A stretch of DNA of 64,000 nt from a virus: positions 58,295-122,294 of the IMG/VR virus record IMGVR_UViG_3300017917_001839. The stretch is one strand, 5' to 3'. The notes below the pieces were generated by a model. The model had not been told where the DNA came from. It made no database searches and saw only the letters and a list, made by a program, of their open reading frames with translations. Of the stretch, positions 20,301 to 29,300 are shown one piece after another. Position 1 is the first letter of the stretch. Every line of letters starts with the position of its first letter. The position numbers and the translations under genes are program-made.

Positions 20301-23300
20301 GTAGTGGTTGATGTACCACCTGTTGCATCATTTTCATCATCATCGCCAGTTGAACCACCTACTGCTGGTGTAGTTGGATCAAATGCATTCCAAGGATTCT
20401 CTGCATCACCAAATTGTGGATTAAATTCTGGATCAGTTGGTAGTAATGTTGTATCAGTAATACCATTTTTCCAGCCTTTGCCGCCCCAGCCAGTATCAGG
20501 AATTGGACGACGCAATACTGCATCAAATGGAAGTTCTGTTAAGCGAATATACTTAACTCGTGTTACAGTACCTTCATAATCTCTATAGATTGGTGTTGGG
20601 TTACCATTGCTGTCGACATTCTTATAGTCGTATCCAACTAGCTGATTCACGTAAGTGTGTGGCTCTGTCCAGAAGCAAGCTATAAAGATTTCTTCTGGTC
20701 TTAAACCTGTAATTGCTGCATTACTATAGTCTGAAGGAGGAACAATACTGTCAACAAAATTATCTTCACGTGTGTTAATAACTGGCGATACTGTAAAGTC
20801 ATTGCTATATTTGAAACGCTGCTGTCTGGTTGTCCAACCGTTAACAGACTTACCAGGATAGGCGCCAGCAGTTGTAACCGGGCTGCGTTCTGAATCTGGA
20901 CGGTGTCCGTCATTTTCTGTATAGTATCCGCGGCCGAAGCCCCAATATGTTGGTGCATCATATGCACCAATCAATGAACCCGGACCTTTAGGATCAGGTA
21001 CCCACTGACCAGGTGTTAAACCAGGAGTCCACATTAGGAATGTATTCATGCCGTTGCCATTGACAGCAATACGAGTTTCGTCGTTTACTGTTGATGCACC
21101 AATCATCATTGGCTGTGGTAGATTTGCAAAGTTAAGTTCTGCATCGCTTCCATTGCCATTTTCTCTTGCAAATGGTTCTGGGATTAGCTGCTTACCAACA
21201 TACCATGCTGGTTCCACTGGCGGGATATTAATTGTATACTTGTTTGGGTTAGCCGATACTGTATCAACTTGATTTGGATTGTATGGTCTAATATTTGCAA
21301 TATAGTATAGATTTTCTAATGGCAAGCCATCAAAATCATTGTACGCATTTACTGTACCAAAGAAGTTATGTGCAACGGCCGGTGGATACACTCTGTCTAC
21401 TAGAATGTAGTAAACTTTACCTGCTGAGTTTTGAACTAGTTCGTATACTTCGTAGATAAATTCACCGCTGGTCTTTAATCTCCAGCGAGGACCAGTATAA
21501 GTACCAGATCCGGGCACACCACTAAATGTTCTAGTGTAATCAGTGCCATCTGGATTCTTCATTACGTATCCGCGCCACTTAACACCCATGGTAGTCGATA
21601 CTGCTGGGTCTGCTTCAGCTGATCCTGGAATAATTCTTAACTTAGGCTTATTAGGATCGTGCCCTTGTGGCAGTACAGGTATTGATGTTTCAAGTGCTTC
21701 ATTATCTTCGCCGTCAGGATTTACACCTGTATCAGAATCTGTTCCGTCACTTGTAGCAGTATTACCTGGTCCTGTTGCATCCAATGACGCATCACCCTCG
21801 GTAGTGTATACATTATATTTTGTGTAGTCTTCGATTAACGGATTCCATACATACAACTGACCGTCGCGCTCGTAAGTAAAGCCGTATGTTGGGCCTTTTG
21901 GAATAGGACCTTTGTTAAAGCCTTTGTCAACAACCTTTTCAATGTTAGTTGAAAGAGGAATCTTGCCTACGATTTTTACATTGTCACCAATTGCAGTATT
22001 AATAACCTGCTGATCGCGAACATATGGACCATAGTTGTTAATTGCACCAGCTGGGATTTTAACAGAACTTGTGTCGCTTACTGATACAGGTGTTTGAGGA
22101 TCTTTCAAGAAGTTGAAGCCCATCTTAAACACACGTTGATCGCCGTCAGCAACAATAGCAGATCTGCGTAGATTGATTGCACGGTTAATCGATGTTGCTA
22201 GACCGCCTAAGTTATTAAAGCTATCAATCTGGATTTCTGAGTTGTTTAGCTTAACCTTATTATGATCAATTGTAGTTAGGATAGGGTAGCGACCGTTGAA
22301 TACATTCTCAGGCTCACGTGCAATAATAAATCCTGTGGAGACGTTAGCATCTTCGTTTAGGATATCATTATTAAACACAACGTTACCATCAGCTTCAACA
22401 GTGTACATGTTCTTAGCTACTAGGAATGAGTTTGACAAATACATTACTGTAACGTCGTTTAAGTTCATTCCTGCATCAACTGTAACTACGTTGGCGTCTG
22501 CATTTGCGTATGCAATCTTTTCGTCGTAGTAATAATATGTTGTATCATCCACTGGGTAGCGACCAAGAATATTAATTGTATTTGGTGTAATGCTATCAAT
22601 GAAATATGTTTGGTTGTATTGCTTTGGATCAGCAAAGTGAACAGCAATACGCTTTTTCTTTCTAGCGTAGATTGGCTGAATACCGTGGTTTGAAATTGTA
22701 GTAATTTGAATACCACGAGTAATAATGTTACCGCTGAAGTTTTCTGTTTCAAAAAATGGTGCAGCAATAACTACACTGTTTGCTGTTGGAACAGATCTTA
22801 CGTTGTATGCACCACTAAATGCTGTAGATGCTACTCTGATCACATCGCCTGTTTGTAGACCGTGTGCATCAGCAGTAAACAACTTAGACAATGTCATGTG
22901 ATATACATCAACTGTTCTTGCTGTAGTACCGGGACGCTCAACAGTAAACGATATAGGTGTTACATTTGATACAGTGAAGTATGTGTTAGAGTCACCAAAG
23001 TCTTCAAAAGCTGTAACGCTGTATTCAACGTTGCTCAATGCTGCCACTACGTTAGCATTTGCAAAGTAATCGCTGCGAACAACAAAGCTGTTGCCTACTA
23101 CGTTAACACTTTCTACATAATATTGCTTGTTGTTTGCTGTAGGGTTTCCTGTAAAAGTTAGTGTAACGTGACCGCTAGCAGTTACATAAGCTACGTTTGA
23201 TGAACCAACTGTTACATTGCCTGCGCCATTATATGTCAGGTTTGCAGAATATGTATAAGTGTTACCAACAGCATCATTAAAGGATACTGCATCGCCTTCT

Positions 23301-26300
23301 GCAAGTGTTGGGATTGAAATACCACTAACAGTAACAATATTATTTGCATCAGCTGCACTTATTGTTGCATTCTTGTATGAGTATGTTGATACAGGTTTGA
23401 TATCTGTGATAGCAATACGTGCTGTTGGGTGAGGCCCAATACTCTTAATACGAGCTTCAATCATGCGTGGTGCTTCAACATCTAGGATGTTTAGCTCGTT
23501 CTGCTTGATGATTGTTTCGTTAGTCCATACTACTACATTATCACTAACATTAGCGTTCTTAAGTGTTAAGAAGAAATCTAAATATCTAGTAGTATCATTT
23601 TCGCCAATTTGATTGGAATCAATGTAGTTGAACAGGCTTTCTGTTGTATACAGTTTAGCATCACCTGCATAGTCAGCTAGGTATGTTAATCCACCAGCTG
23701 GTTGCAACTTATATACGTTCCAGTCGTTGTCTTCGGATACAGCAACGTGAATGTAGCTATTACCAGATGGCTTAATGATAATGTTATCTTCAAATAAGTC
23801 CGGTAGACTTGCAACATCATATGACATGAAGTTGACGTTTGCTGGGTTTACGTAACCAGCGTTAGGAATACTTGGATACTTGCTGTCAATTATACCAGAG
23901 TAATCTACGTCCGATGTTGTTGGCCATAGATTATGTTCTCTGACACCTAGTGGTTTCTTTAGGAAACGTTCTGTGTCATCGATGTCAATAAGAATAACAT
24001 CGTCATCCTTTGCATCAGGTGTAATTTCGTATATTCTCTTAGTGCCAAGTTTAATAGCAATTGAGTCAGTAGTAAATACTACAATTTCTAAAGATGCGCC
24101 AGGTACATCGCCTTGATATGCATCAGTGAAGTCGACGGTTGCTTTTTCAACAATCTTAATAACTGACTGTGCAGGTAAGATATACTTGGTTCTTGGTGGT
24201 GACTGAGTATAATCAAACGCTGGTGTTAACACAGTCTTTGGCAATAGCGAAATGTTTGTGAAAGTAATTGATGAAGATGTTAAGCTGAATAATACCTGGC
24301 TTGGTTCATTATTAATTTTAACACCGTTAACAAACACATCAACAAACGGATACTGGCCGTCAGTTAAAACAATGTTTTCTGCGGCAATAGTTGTGCTATC
24401 ATTTTCTGTGCCAGTATTTAAATTCAGTGTAAGTGATTGATTTTCGTCAGCTACTGAAACTGTATTGATGCTCCAGCGATCGCCAGCATCGTATACCCAG
24501 TTAGTACCAGCAACAAAGTTTTTATCAACAGATACAAGAATGTTTTCTGATGTAATATTTGTAGCTGTTTCAATTGCATAACGTTGGCGTGGTTGATATC
24601 TACCACTGGTTAGATATAGTCCAGCATCTGCATTAACAATGCTGAAATCATTGCCAGACAATCCTAGTGTATAGCCAATATCAATGTCAGCATTACCGCT
24701 GATATCTGTATCTGTTCTATAAACAGATGCAACAATATTTCCGCCTAAACCGGCAGCACTATTAATAGTGCTTACTAACTCGTCTGCTGAAGTAACAGAA
24801 CTTAAGTCAACTACTACGTTTGCGTTACCAAAATGATCAGTAATCTCAATGGATGTTAAACCTGTTGTATCAACCCAGCTATTGCTGCTTAATGCTGTTA
24901 CAGTGTTGAACTTAGTTGCTACAGTATCAGCAAGTACATAACCTGCAATAACTTTTAGACCTACAATTGGTTGATCTGGGTTAGTGCCGTAGCCATAGCC
25001 TTGGTTAGTAACTGTAATTGAACCAAGCTCGCCATCACTGTTTAGTGTGGCTTCTGCGGTTGCTTGAATGCCACCAGTGCTTGTTGGAGGAGAAATTACA
25101 ATTTGAGGTACACTGTAATACTTGTGCTTACGCTCAAGTACTTCAATCTTCTCGACAATATTTGTTGTATCTTCTGGGAAAGCTAACGTAATCAACTGAG
25201 GATCGTTTAGGAACTCACTCTTTTCAAGTTTAAGTTCAATGCTTTGATCGTTTTCGGTATCACCAAAGTCGCCAACACGCAATGCCCATTCGTCATAGAC
25301 AGTTACGTTGCCTTGCACAATTGCATTACTGCGAGCAATTCTACCTAAGCTGGTTGTTGTACCTTTGCTTTGTAGCATGCCTAAGTAGAAATCAACTTGC
25401 TGGTCGTCTGTGATGTCTAGCTCTCTGAGATATTCTTTATCCTGATAGCCAAACTGCGCACGAGCAACTTGATAGATCTGCTTATCAACCGGAACGAATC
25501 CTAATTCATTATATCTGCTAATAGTACCAGCTAGATTATCTAAGTTAGGCTTTAGTTCATCGCCAGAGATAACAAAGCCTTCTGTAATGTAACGACCATC
25601 CCAGTTTGCTGTTCTCTTGGCTTTTAGCTTAAAGCGGCTGTGCTTTTGATTTATTGTTGGATCATAAATGACATCATTGAACACTGTGAGGTTATCAATG
25701 GTCATTGCATGTTCAATTTCTTGTGTATAGATCAATGCACTATAAATCTGACGGCCAGCTGGTGGCGCAATTTCAATGCGATTGTCTTCGCGTACAATTT
25801 CACATTCAGTTGGCGAAATTACAGCGCCTTCTGCATCCATTAATACAAACTGATCGCGGTCAACTCTGTTCAGCTTTGAAATAAATCCTAAGTCTGTAGA
25901 GAATGTAACATTAGTTGCCATTGGGCTTAATTCTAATGTGTTACCAATTTCCCAGTTACCTGTTACCCAGAACAGGAATTGTTTTGCAGCATATGCCCAG
26001 TCACGTACAGCATTGATACTGCTATCATATTCGCCAAAACTAAAGCCAACTGATTTTTGGTATCTTCCCAAACTAATCAGGAAGTCAAACAGTTCATCAG
26101 TAGTTGTGAACTTTGTTTCGTAATCAACACGAACTAGTTCACCGGTTGTTTCTTGATACAGTACGCCGGTAGCAGCACCAACCTGTGGTAGTGCCGATAG
26201 TCTTGTCCATTTACTTTTATCAAAAGTAGCTGACCCTGCAATGTCTGTGGGCGCACGATAATAACTATTTTGATATCTTACAATTGAGAATTGCTTGTAA

Positions 26301-29300
26301 GAAATATTAGGTGTCCAATCAACAAAGTTTGCTGGCTCACCGCCAACACTCACTTTTTCTCTTGGCCCACTAACATCACTTGCTAGAGTTAAGAAGTAAC
26401 CAAAGTTTCTATCAAAACCTCTAACTTTATAACCATCTTCTAGTTTTTCAATGATTACACCGCTATAGAAGTTTCTAGTCTTATAAGGTGAACTGTGAAT
26501 TACAACATTAATATTCTCTGGTGGAACAATAAGACTTGTAGCATTACCAGATGAACTATACTGATCAGTGCGTAGGATCATTGTATCTTTGTCAACAAAT
26601 CCTGCAAATCTATGACCTAGCTTAACGTTGAGTGTTCTTAGCTTATAGGCAAAGCTATTATTAATAGTTAATCCCTGGAAGTTCAACCAGCTGTTAATAA
26701 ACTGAGTGTAACCAATATTTGTAATAAAGTTTCCAGCAGTATCTACTTCACCGTGTACACGGAAATGATCTGGTCTACTCCACTGCCAACGAGCGCGAGT
26801 TTCTTTCTCAACAATAAAGTCTGGGTTAGCAACAGTTCTTTCAATTCTAGTTGGGTCTGCAAATAAGGTAGCAAACTGTGCAGGCTTACCTAGCAATAGT
26901 GCTTCCGCTACAGCAAAAGGATAGTCTTCGCTGTATCTCCAGCTGATTTCTACTGGGGCGCCATCGCCAAACTTCCAATCAGCACTAATAGCATCAGTGT
27001 AAGAATTTTCAATGATTTTATCGCTGTCAATTGCCTTTGTTAATCCAGAGGTAGGAACTGGTGCAGCATTGATAGTATTGTTTACAACATCAACAGGCAA
27101 TGCACGATATTTGTTGCCCCAAACCGCAGTACTAGTTGAGTGTGCTTGTGTGCCGCCGCCAACTGCATATGGGAACATTGGTTTGCCGCTATCGTCTATG
27201 GTAGCAACATAATATCTAATAGGTGTGCTTGGGCTGTCTGGTGTAACACCATAGCGAGTATTATAGCGGTTTGCATAACCTGGCTTATTTTCAATTGCTT
27301 GATCTAAGTCAAAGTCCTCAACAAACATACCGGTGTGTGCGCCACCAGGACCAGTTTGACGAACGCCGGAACGTAGTCTAAATGGACTCTTAATGTTAAC
27401 AATCTCACTAGTTGAATCTAGCGGATCTTTATAACCGTATGGGCCATAGATAGGTAAACCGTCAAACGCCCAACCAATAATTGGAGAGTGTTCTGTGCTA
27501 TCCCATTCAGTTAAGCCTACAATTTCAGGGCTAATGTTATGGTAGTGAAATAGCCCGTTGACTGTGCTATGACTATATGTTGTGAATTCGTTGAAGTCTG
27601 TTACATTACCATTATTGTAATGCCATTCGCCTTCGTCGTTCCAAGTCTTGGTTGACCTTGGTGTATAATATGCAATACCGTTAACCATAACGGCTACTGC
27701 ATAGTCAGGCATAGTAGTTTCAGTTTCTGAAACTATTCTAGGAATTACATAACTTACATCTTGCTCTTCAATTTCACTGTGTCCAACAAAGTTTGGATGA
27801 AGATCTAGATCGTGATTAACTAACGCACGACCTTCAACGTAAATGTTACTCGAATCAAAGCTAACGTTAATGCCGTCAAATTCTAGGAAACTGTTTGTAG
27901 CATAGCCCAAACTTGCATTAGCAGTAGCATTTCTCCATGCTTCTGTTTTGGTTGTTGATCCAGTTGAAATTAAGTTGTATGGTGAAATTAATTCGCCATT
28001 TGCGTCAACAGGAATAACTTGATGTAGGCCAATTCTTCTGAAAGGATTGTTTTCTAGATATCTACCGTTGGAGTAGTTTTCTCTGGTGCCTTGACGGATA
28101 ATACCTTCTTCAAGGTCGTCCCACATAGCAGTGTTATTGCTACTGTAATCTGTGCCGTACTGATCTACCCACCAGCTAGGTTGTTCAGTAAATCCTAGCA
28201 TCTCCCATGGATTAGTATTGGGACGGAAGGTGTCGTAGTAATAATCATACCAGCCCTTCCAGTAGCCACCAATATCTTGATTACCACGGTAGTTCCAAGT
28301 CCACGAATCATCTGCATCAAAGAATTCATTGACAATTGGATCTACTCTGTTAGCAGCGGTCCATGTTGCAAAGTGGTAACGCATTAAGTCATACCACTCT
28401 TTGTATTCAAATCCGGTGTTGCGGAATGCGCCTGGCTTCACGCTAGTTCTGTTAAGTTCTGGTAGGCTGTTTGCAAGTCTAAATTGAGACTTAGCAGCAT
28501 TGTAAATGCGCTTTTCAAATTCTAAGAGTAGTTCGTCTCGACGATCACCTAATGCAGGTGTACGTGAACCGTCGTGCCCAATAATAACATTAATTGGCTC
28601 TTTAAAGCTATAATCAGTATCAATAGTAGGCTGATACAACTGGAACAAACCAAGGATGCTCGGAGTAGGAGGACACTGTGCGCTGTCGCGTTCGCTGTCG
28701 TAGATCTTTAGTGAAACTGTATTGCCTAAATCGAGTGTAATTGAAGATCTATTAATCTCAACGGTAATAGGATTAAAGCTGGTAATTGTATAATCAGAAT
28801 CAACATTTAATAGTGTTGTTGATGTACCTGCTTTGAGGTAAACTAATAAACTGTTTTCAATTTCGTCTAGGTTTGCAAATGTTGATGAAACGAACTCAGA
28901 AGCAGTTCTATCATTAACAACAAAAGTTTCTTCAACATAGTTGTCGCCAAATGGAACTACGTATGTTCTGTTAAAGACATCTTTGCCAACCTTAAACGAA
29001 GTAACATTTCTCAATACTTGTTCTAGAACATATTCGTTAGAGAAGTTGCTGATATCATACGTATTGTAATAGTTGCTGATTTCGCTCTTTAATCTATTCT
29101 TGTACTTTTGATATTCGCTAGAGTTAAATCTAATGGCTTCAACTAGATTATGTGGTTGACTGTCAAGCAGGAATGCTGCTAAAATAGCTGAGTGGTCAGT
29201 GTGTACAATGTCAGTGGCCAGTGCAGCGTCTTTTGGAGAACTTGCAAAATTGTTTACACTTAATGCATCTCCTGCAAAGCCATCCTGAGCCTCAATAAAC

